DNA of 64,000 nucleotides, taken from the NCBI GenBank assembly GCA_964410585.1, contig CAYPFW010000001.1:128001-192000 (forward strand), given 5' to 3'. Below, in pieces: positions 36,096 to 45,681 of the stretch (positions are counted from its first letter, which is position 1; each line of letters starts with the position of its first letter). The translations under genes and the position numbers were made by a program. The DNA comes from an uncultured archaeon (lineage in GTDB: Archaea; Aenigmatarchaeota; Aenigmatarchaeia; QMZP01; JACQNV01). The notes beneath the pieces were generated by a model. It searched no databases. It worked only from the letters and a program-made list of their open reading frames with translations, and was not told the DNA's origin.

Positions 36096-38078
36096 ATGAA
36101 GAAATTGTTTCTTTTATCAGCAGTTTTTGTTCTTTTAGTTATCCAAGTTTCGTCTGCTCAAAGCGATAGGGAACCAAGTGTTGTGGTTCCAAAAGAGCAA
36201 TTAGGATGTTGTATTGCCTCTGATGGTATTTGTACCGATGTATCACAATTAGTTCTTCAACAACCTCTTCTTGATCCAAGTGGATTTGAATTTAGTCCAC
36301 AGCAATTGTGTGATAAATTTACGAAAATAAGAACAAGTCTAAATTTTGGCGAATTTTTTTCTGATCAATTTTGTAATCAAATAGATAGATGTTTAGGATG
36401 TTGTTTATACAATGGGCAAATCCAATCAGAAAACATTTGCATTGTTAATGTAACAAAGTCTATAAAAACAAGTTCAAATTACTTGAATAAAGTATGGGAT
36501 CCTTCAATCAAAAATCCAAGCCAATGTAAAAATAGTATGCTAGATACAGACGAAGATGGAGTTTTAGACTATGATGAAGGCTTGGTTGGCTCTGATATAG
36601 AAAATGAGTATAGCGTACCCAGTGACAGAGATGGAGATGATATAACTAATGATCGTGACAATTGTCCAGATAAACCAAATGGAAATATTGATGTTAGGAA
36701 CAAGGACGACATAAATAAAAGGCGATGCCCTGGATATCCTAATGATCAAAGCATGTGCAATCAAGAAGATTTTGACCAAGATGGTGTGGGTGATGCATGC
36801 GACAACTGTAGAATAGTTAACAATCCTGTTGATGAAGAAACAGGAAAACAAGCAGACATAGATAAAGATGGTGTTGGTGATTTGTGTGATAATTGTAGAA
36901 CTGTAGAAAATCCTGATCAAGAAGATAAAAAAGAACCCTTCTGTCCACAAATAATTAGAAATATTGGATATGGTTTGGATCCTCTTTGCGGCGATGCATG
37001 CAATTCCAAATTTATAGGTTCACAAACTGCTGTTGGAGGGGAGATCAGTGTACCAACAGGAGGATCAGATCAAGAAACTGACTGTAACAAAAATTCTGAT
37101 GTAGGAAAACTCCAAAATTCTGGAAACTGTTGTAGAGAGTGTACAAAGAAAGGAAGTTATTGGAAGGTTATAAATTCAAACGAGTGTATAAATTTAGGTA
37201 AGATGCCTGGAAATTCAATTCTTTCTTCAAACCCATTGGACATATCAACAAGCGTAATTAATTGCGAACAAGGTCAAGTAGAATGGATAGTAGAATCATC
37301 TCAAAACGATTTATGTGGCGAGAGCCAGCCTGTTTTATTATTCGGTCCGAATAATGGTCAAAGAGCTGAAGGTGCCTGCTATAGATGTATAAGTGATATT
37401 AAATCTTGGTATGGATGGGATGCAGTAGATTCCAGTAAATGTGAAGAAATAAAAACAAGCTTTATTCAACCCAATAATCAGGATTTTTTCGCTTTCCTAG
37501 GTCCTGTTGGTGATTTCTTAGCAAATCTGTTCCAACCGATTTTAGCTTTTTTCAGCGGACCAAAGGTTGAGTTTGTTCCAACAGACAACTCAAATGAATT
37601 AGTTGCTGTCAAAATAACAGGACCTACATTCCCCTCAGATACTAAAGTCCAGACAAATGTTCAGGTTAATGTTGTTAAGGATACAGATGCAGATGGAACA
37701 AGCGATTCTATTGATAATTGTCCAGTTAAGGCAAATTCAGATCAAAAAGATTCTGATTTTGATTTAGTAGGCGATACATGTGATAATTGTTTAAATGTCT
37801 ATAATCCTGATCAAAAAGATACAGACAGAGACAGCGTTGGTGATATCTGTGATCAAGCTCCAGAGGATCCAACAGAATATACAGTTGTAACATCTAATAC
37901 AGTTCCGGGTTTGTCAGATTCTGATGGAGACACTGTTGCAGATATATACGATAACTGTCCAAGTGTTTCGAATGCAAATCAAGAAGATATAGATGCAGAT
38001 GGTTATGGAAATGTTTGTGATGAAACTCCCTCCGGTGAAGAGTATACAGTAATTCCTGGATCTGAAAATTCTGGCTAA
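36096..38078 (+). CDS. Secreted Cys-rich protein with thrombospondin type-3 repeats
   Basis: Signal peptide; multiple D.D.DG.GD.CDNC....N.DQ.D repeats. Confidence 0.88.
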   Translation: MKKLFLLSAVFVLLVIQVSSAQSDREPSVVVPKEQLGCCIASDGICTDVSQLVLQQPLLDPSGFEFSPQQLCDKFTKIRTSLNFGEFFSDQFCNQIDRCLGCCLYNGQIQSENICIVNVTKSIKTSSNYLNKVWDPSIKNPSQCKNSMLDTDEDGVLDYDEGLVGSDIENEYSVPSDRDGDDITNDRDNCPDKPNGNIDVRNKDDINKRRCPGYPNDQSMCNQEDFDQDGVGDACDNCRIVNNPVDEETGKQADIDKDGVGDLCDNCRTVENPDQEDKKEPFCPQIIRNIGYGLDPLCGDACNSKFIGSQTAVGGEISVPTGGSDQETDCNKNSDVGKLQNSGNCCRECTKKGSYWKVINSNECINLGKMPGNSILSSNPLDISTSVINCEQGQVEWIVESSQNDLCGESQPVLLFGPNNGQRAEGACYRCISDIKSWYGWDAVDSSKCEEIKTSFIQPNNQDFFAFLGPVGDFLANLFQPILAFFSGPKVEFVPTDNSNELVAVKITGPTFPSDTKVQTNVQVNVVKDTDADGTSDSIDNCPVKANSDQKDSDFDLVGDTCDNCLNVYNPDQKDTDRDSVGDICDQAPEDPTEYTVVTSNTVPGLSDSDGDTVADIYDNCPSVSNANQEDIDADGYGNVCDETPSGEEYTVIPGSENSG

Positions 38079-38139
38079 TTTAAATCTTAATTTCTATTTC
38101 TTGTATAGCTATCTTTTTCCCAAAAGAAAGGATTTACTT

Positions 38140-39312
38140 ATGGAATTGTGGACAGACAAATATAAGCCCAACAAACTTGAAGAATTAGCAGGGCAAAACA
38201 AATCAGTTTCTGAACTATTAAATTGGATACAGAATTGGAAACATGGAAGGGGTCTTCTAATAACAGGCTCTTCTGGCGTGGGTAAATCTTCTTTGGTTGA
38301 AGCTTTTTGTCTTGAGAAAAAATGGCTTTTGGTTCGTTTAGATGCAAATGAATCAAGGAACAAGGAAGCTATAGAGTCCTTTGTTAGTAGCTCCAAAAAC
38401 ATGTCACTTTTTCATACAGGAAAAGCGATTTTAATTGATGAAATGGAGGGAATATCTGGTGGAGAGAGAGGTGCTGCTTCGGGGATTGTCAGCCTTATAG
38501 AACAATCAAAATTCCCAGTTTTCCTTATATCAAATGATCCATACATAACCAAATTCTCTGATATCAGGAAACATTCAGACATTCTCAAGTTGTCTGCTAT
38601 TGCTGTACCTTCTGCAGTGAAAAGAATGAGGGAGATAGCAAAAAAAGAGAATGTAAAGGTGGAAGATGATGTTTTGAAGGCTCTTGCAAGGTTTTCTCAA
38701 GGCGACTTGCGATCAGCGATCAACGACCTTCAAACAGCTTGTTTAGGAAGGGCGGAATTAAAATTAGAAGATCTTCAGTCAATTGGTTTTAGAGAAAGGG
38801 AAAATTCTGTGTTCAATTCGCTTTCGACAATTTTCAGGTCAAAAAACATCAAAACAGCTTTCACAGCCTTAGAGCAATCAGACAAAGATCCAGAAGAGGT
38901 TTTTTGGTGGTTGGAAAGCAACCTTTTTTTTGAAGCAAAAACAAACGAAGAGATAAAAAAGTCATATGATTTGCTTGCTACTTCTAATTTTTATCAAAGC
39001 TTTATCTACAAACAACAAAATTGGAGATTTAAAAAAATATCAATGGATTTGATGTCTGGTATATCACTTTTTGCAAAATCTGGTTCTGGATTTGCTATGT
39101 ATAGGCCACCTGATAGGTTTTTGCAGTTAGGGAGAACAAAAGGAAAAAGAGCTATGAGGGACGCTATTTCAGAAAAAATGGGCGCAAAACTTCACTGTTC
39201 AAAAAGAACTGCAAAAAAAGAATATTTCCCTTACATGAAAACTTATCTGAAAAAAGAGCCTAAAATTGTGGAGCAACTGAAATTGGAAAAAGAAGAGGCT
39301 AAATTTTTCTAA
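38140..39312 (+). CDS. rfcL: Replication factor C large subunit
   Basis: LWTDKYKP, GSSGVGKS, IDEMEG, GDLRSAINDLQ. Confidence 0.93.
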   Translation: MELWTDKYKPNKLEELAGQNKSVSELLNWIQNWKHGRGLLITGSSGVGKSSLVEAFCLEKKWLLVRLDANESRNKEAIESFVSSSKNMSLFHTGKAILIDEMEGISGGERGAASGIVSLIEQSKFPVFLISNDPYITKFSDIRKHSDILKLSAIAVPSAVKRMREIAKKENVKVEDDVLKALARFSQGDLRSAINDLQTACLGRAELKLEDLQSIGFRERENSVFNSLSTIFRSKNIKTAFTALEQSDKDPEEVFWWLESNLFFEAKTNEEIKKSYDLLATSNFYQSFIYKQQNWRFKKISMDLMSGISLFAKSGSGFAMYRPPDRFLQLGRTKGKRAMRDAISEKMGAKLHCSKRTAKKEYFPYMKTYLKKEPKIVEQLKLEKEEAKFF

Positions 39313-39385
39313 ATTTTGACAAAAAGTTAGATTTTTCCTGATAAGAAAGCATAAAAAGTTATTTTTTCTAATTTAAATTGTAATT

Positions 39386-39532
39386 ATGAAGGGTACATTG
39401 AGAATAGGTTTAGTTGCAATCATTGTTTTTCTAATCATAGTTCTTTTTACCTTTCTAACTAATCCATTCATTGGTATTTTGTTGCTGATAATTATTTTTT
39501 TAATAATACTTTTCATGCTTATTGAAGCCTGA
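39386..39532 (+). CDS. Small two-helix membrane protein (48 aa; not in the ORF track)
   Basis: MKGTLRIGLVAIIVFLIIVLFTFLTNPFIGILLLIIIFLIILFMLIEA. Confidence 0.6.
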   Translation: MKGTLRIGLVAIIVFLIIVLFTFLTNPFIGILLLIIIFLIILFMLIEA

Positions 39533-39533
39533 A

Positions 39534-39673
39534 TGAGCCCGCAGAGATTTTCGCTTCGTACTCTATATTAGTTTTCTTGGGTACGGTAGCCTTCTTTTTC
39601 TAAAAGAAGGCTAGCTTCGAACTCTGATCGCAGGATCCGCAATCCCGTATCCTATCCATTAGACGACGGGCCC
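39534..39673 (-). tRNA. tRNA-Arg(GCG) with a 68-nt intron at 59/60 in the T-loop (intron 39548-39615)
   Basis: Acceptor GGGCCCG/CGGGCTC, D-stem GTCT/GGAT, anticodon arm CGGGA-TTGCGGA-TCCTG, T-stem CAGAG/CTCTG; strict BHB restores the TTCGAAT loop. Confidence 0.92.
39571..39616 (+). repeat. Family A repeat, copy A5 (inside the tRNA intron)
   Basis: GTTTTCTTGGGTACGGTAGCCTTCTTTTTCTAAAAGAAGGCTAGCT. Confidence 0.9.
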
Positions 39674-39816
39674 AATTCTAGATTATGTAAGACAACTAAA
39701 TAGTCTGTATTTGTCTTACAGCTCTGAAACAACTCTGGAAATGTGGTTTATTTGGTTGTTTCAGATTAATTCATTTATAAATATATTAGTTCAATATTGG
39801 TAATAAGTTTCTATAT

Positions 39817-40020
39817 GGTTGATTGAGAGTGGAAGGCGTAAAATTTTTCCGAACAATAGTGAGAGAAAAATTTAGCCTCCTGTTTTTGATTAACCCAAGC
39901 TTTTTAGCAAAAAGCTTGAGCAAAAAGTATACAACGTGGAAGCGAGCGAAACGCAGTGAAGCGAAGCTCCTTTCTGCATAAGCTCTTTCTGAAAAGAGCT
40001 TATTTTGAGAAAAGGGTTAT
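39817..40020 (+). ncRNA. Family B structured leader, copy B1 (two tandem modules)
   Basis: GTGGAAGGCG...CGAACAATAGTGAG...AGCCTCCTGTTTTTG, then GTGGAAGCGAGCGAAACGCAGTGAAGCGAAGCTCC; each followed by an AAGCT..AGCTT hairpin; ends AAAAGGGTTAT-ATG. Confidence 0.65.
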
Positions 40021-40179
40021 ATGAAGTGTGTAAGTTGTCAAAAAAACATTGAAGTAGAAAAAGATTGGGTTAGATTTGATTGTCCTAAGTGTGGCGATGA
40101 TGAAATTGTTAGATGCCAAAAATGTAAAAAGGTTGTTAATGTTTACAAATGTACAAAATGTGGGTTCGAGGGTCCCTGA
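40021..40179 (+). CDS. HVO_2753/COG2888-family Zn-ribbon protein (52 aa; not in the ORF track)
   Basis: MKCVSC...FDCPKCG..EIVRCQKC....YKCTKCGFEGP. Confidence 0.92.
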   Translation: MKCVSCQKNIEVEKDWVRFDCPKCGDDEIVRCQKCKKVVNVYKCTKCGFEGP

Positions 40180-40225
40180 TCCCTTTCTTTAGAAAAGAAA
40201 GGTCTAAGGTTCGCCCCAAAGAAAC
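40178..40225 (-). repeat. Family A repeat, copy A6
   Basis: Plus strand GATCCCTTTCTTTAGAAAAGAAAGGTCTAAGGTTCGCCCCAAAGAAAC. Confidence 0.8.
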
Positions 40226-40255
40226 TATTTTACAAACATTATTGGTGAATAAAAT

Positions 40256-40531
40256 ATGCCTACGCGATCACAAAGATCCAGATCATTGAGAAGATTGGTG
40301 AGGAAAACTCCAGGTGGAAAAAGAAAAAAAGTCTTCGAAAGAAGAAGGCCTGGACATGCCTCTTGTGGTAACTGTGGAAACAAACTTGCTGGTGTTCCTA
40401 GAGAAAGGCCATCTGGAATAAGTAAGCTATCTGCCACAAAAAAGAAGCCAAGCAGAAAATTTGGTGGAAATTTGTGTTCATCATGCTCTAGGAGCTCTAT
40501 AAAACAACAAGTATTGAAGCAATGGGCTTGA
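40256..40531 (+). CDS. rpl34e: 50S ribosomal protein L34e
   Basis: RKTPGG, CGNCG..LAGVP, KPSRKFGGNLCSSC. Confidence 0.95.
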   Translation: MPTRSQRSRSLRRLVRKTPGGKRKKVFERRRPGHASCGNCGNKLAGVPRERPSGISKLSATKKKPSRKFGGNLCSSCSRSSIKQQVLKQWA

Positions 40532-40579
40532 TTATATTTATAAATCAATTCATACACATATAGTATTTCAAGGATATCT

Positions 40580-41026
40580 ATGGTATTTGAACCAGGAAGA
40601 CTGTGTGTCAAAAACGCAGGAAGAGAAAGTGGGAAGTATTGTGTAGTCTTATCTTCAGTTGACAAAGATCATGTTTTAGTTACAGGTCCTAAGCCTCTTA
40701 CAGGTGTCAGAAGAAGGAAGTGTAGTGTCTTACATTTGGAACCAACTCCTCAACTTTTGAAACTAAAAAAAGACGCTTCTGATTCTGATGTTTTGGATGC
40801 TTTTAAAAAGGAAAAACTTTTTGATTCTCTTGGCTTGAAAGAGCTTTCTGAAGCTGATCTGAAAAAATGGGAAGACGAACAAAAGGTAAGAGAGGCTAAG
40901 AAAAAAACTAAAGAAGAGGCAAAGCCTGCTACAAAAGCAGAAGAGCCAAAAGAAGAATTTAAGAAAGAAGAGAAAAAAGAGACTAAGCCAAAAGCCGAGA
41001 AAAAACCAGCGGCTAAGAAGGAATAG
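40580..41026 (+). CDS. rpl14e: 50S ribosomal protein L14e with Lys/Glu-rich tail
   Basis: GRLCVKNAGRESGKYCVV, VTGPK.LTGVRRR, HLEPT. Confidence 0.95.
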   Translation: MVFEPGRLCVKNAGRESGKYCVVLSSVDKDHVLVTGPKPLTGVRRRKCSVLHLEPTPQLLKLKKDASDSDVLDAFKKEKLFDSLGLKELSEADLKKWEDEQKVREAKKKTKEEAKPATKAEEPKEEFKKEEKKETKPKAEKKPAAKKE

Positions 41027-41028
41027 AA

Positions 41029-41493
41029 CTATTTCCTAATTTTAACAACTTGTCCATTATTTGCTTTTTGCAGTTCTTTTGTGTTAATTTTTATCAAAGC
41101 ATTTGGTGTGCCGCCGCCTGCGTATACTGTTTCTTTTTCCATAACTTTTGGATCGATTAGAAACGTGGCCTCGTATCCAAAAGGTGGTGTACCCCCAATA
41201 ATATAGCCTGTTTTTTCCAATGCTTCTTCTGGAGTTGCAACTCTTGGCCTTTCTATATTCAAAGCCTTCGAAACCCTTTCTGTGCTTGCTCTGTCTGAAC
41301 CAAGGACAATTGCACCAAGCATTTTGTTGTTTGCAGTTATCATGCAAATTGTTTTGACAAAATCATCTGGTTGGGCATCTGCTTGTTGACAGGCTTCTTC
41401 GACTGTATGAACAGAGTTTTCAAAGTGTAGATGATCTGCTTTAATGTGGTTTTCAGAAATCCAGTTTTTCAGTTTTTCTTCATATTGGTTCAT
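41029..41493 (-). CDS. YbaK/EbsC aminoacyl-tRNA deacylase
   Basis: VKTI, TGYIIGGTPPFG, YAGGG. Confidence 0.92.
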   Translation of the reverse strand: MNQYEEKLKNWISENHIKADHLHFENSVHTVEEACQQADAQPDDFVKTICMITANNKMLGAIVLGSDRASTERVSKALNIERPRVATPEEALEKTGYIIGGTPPFGYEATFLIDPKVMEKETVYAGGGTPNALIKINTKELQKANNGQVVKIRK

Positions 41494-41494
41494 A

Positions 41495-42466
41495 TTATAC
41501 AGACTGTAAGAATCTACTCAAAACTTCTAAAGTTTGTTTGTTTGCAACTTCAACTGGATTATGAAGGTATCTGAGAGGGTATCCTATAGCAATTGCTTCT
41601 AATCCTATTTTTGACAAATTAGTTGCATCTGTTATTTCATCTGGGAAATGTGTTTCTATTATGTTGAACCTGATGTTGCTTTTTTCCAAAACACTTTTCA
41701 CTTTTTCTATAAGATTGTTAGGAGCAATATTTCCCTTTCCGCCACCCTCAATTGGTATTATACCCATTTTCCCTTCATCTATCATTGTTTTTTCCTTATA
41801 ATACGGGTCTTGGTTTGATGGGCACGAGTCAACAACAATTATGTTTTCATATTCAAAGTGTTCTCTGACCACTTTCATCAAAGTTCTCAATCTTTGTGTT
41901 CCTTCCTCCTCGCCAGATGTCAAAACAAATGCTATATCTCTTTTCATGGCTGTAGATATCAGCGAAGCTGCACCAATATGGTTGTCCATTGTTTTTGAAA
42001 ACAAATAATCGGTAAAAATTGGCTCGTTTGCAAATTGAATTGGCCAAAGAGGCGGAAGGCTAATATTTTCTGTGAATTCAACAACTAAAATATCTGATGT
42101 CTGACCAGAATGTGGAAGCAGGTTTCCAATAAACCCGGCATATTTTTTCCCTTTAAAAAATGTTTGAACTTTTATTCCATGAGCTGCTTGTACATTCACT
42201 AAACCAGATGTCTGTAATTCATATGAATTTTCTCCAATTTGTCTTTTGACCAAAAAACCTATTTCATCTACATGAGCAAAAAGAAGGTTTTCTACTTTTT
42301 TTATTTTTGGAAAAACAAGAAGATTATTTTCTATGTTCAAAACAGTATAGTTTGGTAGCCAAGACTTTACTTTCTTTTCAAGCTCTGGAAAAAATATTTC
42401 TTCCCTTGATGAAATTAATGGAATCTCATTAAGTTCACTTAAAATTTCCAAAGTCTTTTCTGTCAT
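41495..42466 (-). CDS. M42-family aminopeptidase
   Basis: AHVDEIG, MDN, GEEEG, PLRYLHNPVE. Confidence 0.88.
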   Translation of the reverse strand: MTEKTLEILSELNEIPLISSREEIFFPELEKKVKSWLPNYTVLNIENNLLVFPKIKKVENLLFAHVDEIGFLVKRQIGENSYELQTSGLVNVQAAHGIKVQTFFKGKKYAGFIGNLLPHSGQTSDILVVEFTENISLPPLWPIQFANEPIFTDYLFSKTMDNHIGAASLISTAMKRDIAFVLTSGEEEGTQRLRTLMKVVREHFEYENIIVVDSCPSNQDPYYKEKTMIDEGKMGIIPIEGGGKGNIAPNNLIEKVKSVLEKSNIRFNIIETHFPDEITDATNLSKIGLEAIAIGYPLRYLHNPVEVANKQTLEVLSRFLQSV

Positions 42467-42467
42467 A

Positions 42468-43775
42468 TTAATCTGTTGGAATCACAACTCCTGGTATTTC
42501 CATATCGCTTATTTTTTCCATTATTTGCCTTCCTAGCTCTCTTGGGTTTTTTCTTCTACCCTCAACATCGGGGTTTATCAATCTGTCTGTTGGATATGAT
42601 AATATCTTTACTTGGCTTTGGTTAAACATTCTTTTTAGTTGATCTACAACCGCCATGTGCATCGAATCCCACTCTGGTTTTTCTGGATCTGCTCTCTCAG
42701 CTACAAGATATACACTTTCTACTGTTGGATCTACAATCAATTTTGGAGCTTCTCCGTTTGCTGGTTGATATTCTATTAATTGACTATCAACCATTTGTCT
42801 AGCTAGTGTGAAAGGATAAGATGTGACATATGGAGTTCCAGAAGTTAGGATTTTTAAGAACTGTTCAAATCCTATTTGCTGTTCTTCTCCTCTTAGTCCT
42901 AATCTATCCCTTGGTTTCATTTTCACTGATCCATCTCTTACACGGACATCAAAATAGCTTGTTAGATGACCGTTTATTGGAACTTGTAGTGATATTTGTC
43001 CCCTTACTTTATCCAATTTGTTTTCATCTATTCCTATCGCAGTTAAAAATCTATCCATTCTAGTTTCAAATCCATTCGGTTCCCTGCCCTTTTTCTCTGA
43101 TGATAAACTAACACCGCTTATGAATCTACTTCTCTGATCAGCAAAATGTCCATATAGCAAGTCAACAACAGCATTTATATAATCCCTATCCATTGCCCTA
43201 TCTGAACCGAGTATTCTGTTTGTTTTGTTGCAGTTTGGATATGTAGCAAATGTTGTTTGGTTTACTAACCTTTCTGCTGCTTCCCTTTCAAATTCCAAAA
43301 ATCTTTCAAGAAAATCTGCATTGACAATAAATTTTTGCCACCATCTCACTTCAAAGTTAGAATATGGCCTTCCAATTGATTCTCTAGCTAATGCTGTTTC
43401 TTCATCTGATAAATCAAACCCCGATCCATCCCTAACTTCAGATACTATTCTATAGGTCGCTGAATTTGTTTCATTTGGATCTAAGAAATCATGTACACCA
43501 TACACTATTCCGTGTCTCTCTCTCATGTCCTGGACTATTGCTCTTCTATCGCCTTTTCTATCTGCTAAAAATTTACCAGTGGGCGAATATTCTTCAGGAG
43601 AAAGGCCACTATCCACTATAAATCTTAAATGTGGGTCTACTCCTCTTTCACTTAAATCACGAGCCAATTTGTAGGCTTGAATACAGTTGTATAGGCCTGG
43701 TTGATAGTCTCCACATCCTTCTGGTCTAAAGAATGCTCCTCTTGCTTCTACCAGAATTAAGGCTTTTCTATTCAT
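42468..43775 (-). CDS. Hypothetical protein (Lys-poor class)
   Basis: Long ORF; GGAGG SD precedes MNRKAL at 43775. Confidence 0.75.
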   Translation of the reverse strand: MNRKALILVEARGAFFRPEGCGDYQPGLYNCIQAYKLARDLSERGVDPHLRFIVDSGLSPEEYSPTGKFLADRKGDRRAIVQDMRERHGIVYGVHDFLDPNETNSATYRIVSEVRDGSGFDLSDEETALARESIGRPYSNFEVRWWQKFIVNADFLERFLEFEREAAERLVNQTTFATYPNCNKTNRILGSDRAMDRDYINAVVDLLYGHFADQRSRFISGVSLSSEKKGREPNGFETRMDRFLTAIGIDENKLDKVRGQISLQVPINGHLTSYFDVRVRDGSVKMKPRDRLGLRGEEQQIGFEQFLKILTSGTPYVTSYPFTLARQMVDSQLIEYQPANGEAPKLIVDPTVESVYLVAERADPEKPEWDSMHMAVVDQLKRMFNQSQVKILSYPTDRLINPDVEGRRKNPRELGRQIMEKISDMEIPGVVIPTD

Positions 43776-43997
43776 AGAATCCTCCAAAATCAAAATCTTC
43801 TTTCACCCAGAAGTATGTATGTAGAATCATATCAAACTCCTCAAACCAGTTAATGAGGCAATTTAATAAAAGTAGATTTTTGACAAACAAAATATAGGTT
43901 TGCCTACGAGAATTAACAACTTGTTTACTTTTGTTTCGAAATTTGTAGGCATTGACATATTCTATATTATAAGAAGATAAAATATATAAACTTATCG

Positions 43998-45023
43998 TTA
44001 TTTGCACTCAAAACCACCAATTCTAATCAGCTTTCCAGAATCAGCATCTATCTCTGCATATATTCCTAAGCAAAATTTGTCTTCCACTTTATCCTTGTGG
44101 TTTTCATCATAAACATACCAAACACTTTTTGGTTTAAAGTCTATTAATTTTTCACTTACACTTGCTTGGGGATTTTTGGATTTGGGGAATTTTTTCTTGA
44201 ATATTTTAACCGCCTGCTCAGCAGATATTTTTATTGATTTTGTTCTACGAAAAAATAAGTTAGTGGAATGATAAGAAATTATAGAGTGTTTTTTTCTGTT
44301 TAAAACAACTCGGATATGGTTTTGATAAATTGATACCTCTCCCTTTTTCGGTTTTTCTGTTAAATCAAATTCTATATTGTGCATTCCTTCCTCAAAAATT
44401 GATCTTATTTCAAATGTTCTTTTAGAAAAATCTGGGTATTGTCTATTCAGGAAGTTTTTGACAATTTCAACTGACTTTTTCTCATCTAAAAGTTCTGAGT
44501 TCTCAGCTCTAACATCAAACCAGGCATCACAGACAAAACCATCAAATGAGACACTGAATCTCCCGAAGTCATTTTTGAAAAGGAAAGTTTTTTGATATAT
44601 TCTATGCGGTTCTATAGAAATTGGAAGAGGGATATCACTTGGGGATTTTAATTTGTTCTCTTTAGCCTCTTTGCGGAGAAACTGTAATAAAGAGATTTTT
44701 GTTATTTCCATTTTTTTTATGATTTCTTTTGAAATTTTTTTAGGTTTTTCTTTTGGATACTTTATGTCAGAAAAATAAACTCGTCCTGTTTGAACATTTA
44801 TTTTGGCATGAATGATATTATGATGTTCTTGTTTTTCTGTGTTATCAACAAATTCTATCCACGTTAAATGATAATCAAAAAGATTCCACACATCCTTTCC
44901 GTCTGGCTTGTATCTTGTACCCTCAGATATGTTTTCTAGAATAAAAAAACCACTCTTAAAAACAGGATATTTCTTAGATAAATAGGCTTCTGCTGATTTT
45001 ATTGCCTCTTGTTTTGTTAACAT
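43998..45023 (-). CDS. Hypothetical protein with PepSY-like repeats
   Basis: LTKQEAIKSAEAYL, LDEKKSVEIVKNFL, ISAEQAVKI...WYV...IDADSGKL. Confidence 0.65.
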   Translation of the reverse strand: MLTKQEAIKSAEAYLSKKYPVFKSGFFILENISEGTRYKPDGKDVWNLFDYHLTWIEFVDNTEKQEHHNIIHAKINVQTGRVYFSDIKYPKEKPKKISKEIIKKMEITKISLLQFLRKEAKENKLKSPSDIPLPISIEPHRIYQKTFLFKNDFGRFSVSFDGFVCDAWFDVRAENSELLDEKKSVEIVKNFLNRQYPDFSKRTFEIRSIFEEGMHNIEFDLTEKPKKGEVSIYQNHIRVVLNRKKHSIISYHSTNLFFRRTKSIKISAEQAVKIFKKKFPKSKNPQASVSEKLIDFKPKSVWYVYDENHKDKVEDKFCLGIYAEIDADSGKLIRIGGFECK

Positions 45024-45060
45024 TGAATAGATTTTTATTTTCCATTAATAAATAGTTAGC

Positions 45061-45372
45061 ATGGAAAATCTGTTTGTATACGGAACATTGATGAGCCCCG
45101 AAGTTCAGAACCTTGTTATAGGGAGAGTAGCAGAGTCTAAGAAAGATTCATTGGTCGGGTACCGGCTAGAAAACATAGAAATAGATGGAAACAAATATCC
45201 ACTTCTTGTTCCAGATAAAAAACAAAAGAAACCTATAGGTGGCCTAGTTATTTCCGTAAACTCTGATGAATTGAAAAAGTTGGATGAATATGAAACAGAA
45301 GCTTACAAAAGAAAAGAAGTTGTTTTAAAAAGCGGAGAAAGGGCATTTGTTTATTTGGCTAATCCTTTGTGA
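45061..45372 (+). CDS. Gamma-glutamylcyclotransferase (AIG2-like)
   Basis: LFVYGTLM, LDEYE..AY.R, AFVY. Confidence 0.9.
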   Translation: MENLFVYGTLMSPEVQNLVIGRVAESKKDSLVGYRLENIEIDGNKYPLLVPDKKQKKPIGGLVISVNSDELKKLDEYETEAYKRKEVVLKSGERAFVYLANPL

Positions 45373-45383
45373 GTTGTAAATTA

Positions 45384-45429
45384 GTTTTCTTTTTGGGTAC
45401 GGTATACTTTTTCTAAAGAAAAAGATAGC
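45384..45429 (+). repeat. Family A repeat, copy A7
   Basis: GTTTTCTTTTTGGGTACGGTATACTTTTTCTAAAGAAAAAGATAGC, between convergent genes. Confidence 0.88.
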
Positions 45430-45681
45430 CTATAAGCTTCTAGTCATCCCAGCAAGCTCAACAGATTCGACAAATTTTATAGAATTGAGCTTGTTTTCTA
45501 ATTCGTCCAAAGCGCCGTCTTTTTCAGGAACAATGAATGTCGCCTTCAAAAGATTCAAACCAAAAGCAAGAGGTTCCTCCTCTATCTTTGCAGGCTGAAG
45601 TTTCAAAAGCTCAGCTTTCACGCTTATCAAATCTTCTGCAGAGCTTGGAATTAATTTGTAAACACAAATAACATCACCCAT
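45430..45681 (-). CDS. ef1b: Elongation factor 1-beta
   Basis: MGDV...KLIP, EEPLAFGL. Confidence 0.93.
   Translation of the reverse strand: MGDVICVYKLIPSSAEDLISVKAELLKLQPAKIEEEPLAFGLNLLKATFIVPEKDGALDELENKLNSIKFVESVELAGMTRSL

Noticed and set aside
38107-38133. Possible truncated family A copies upstream of rfcL and at about 51930-51958
   Set aside because: Only fragments of the pattern are present, so they were not counted.
43768-44007. 79-aa ORF from the track
   Set aside because: AT-rich intergenic frame with no motif and a non-ATG start.
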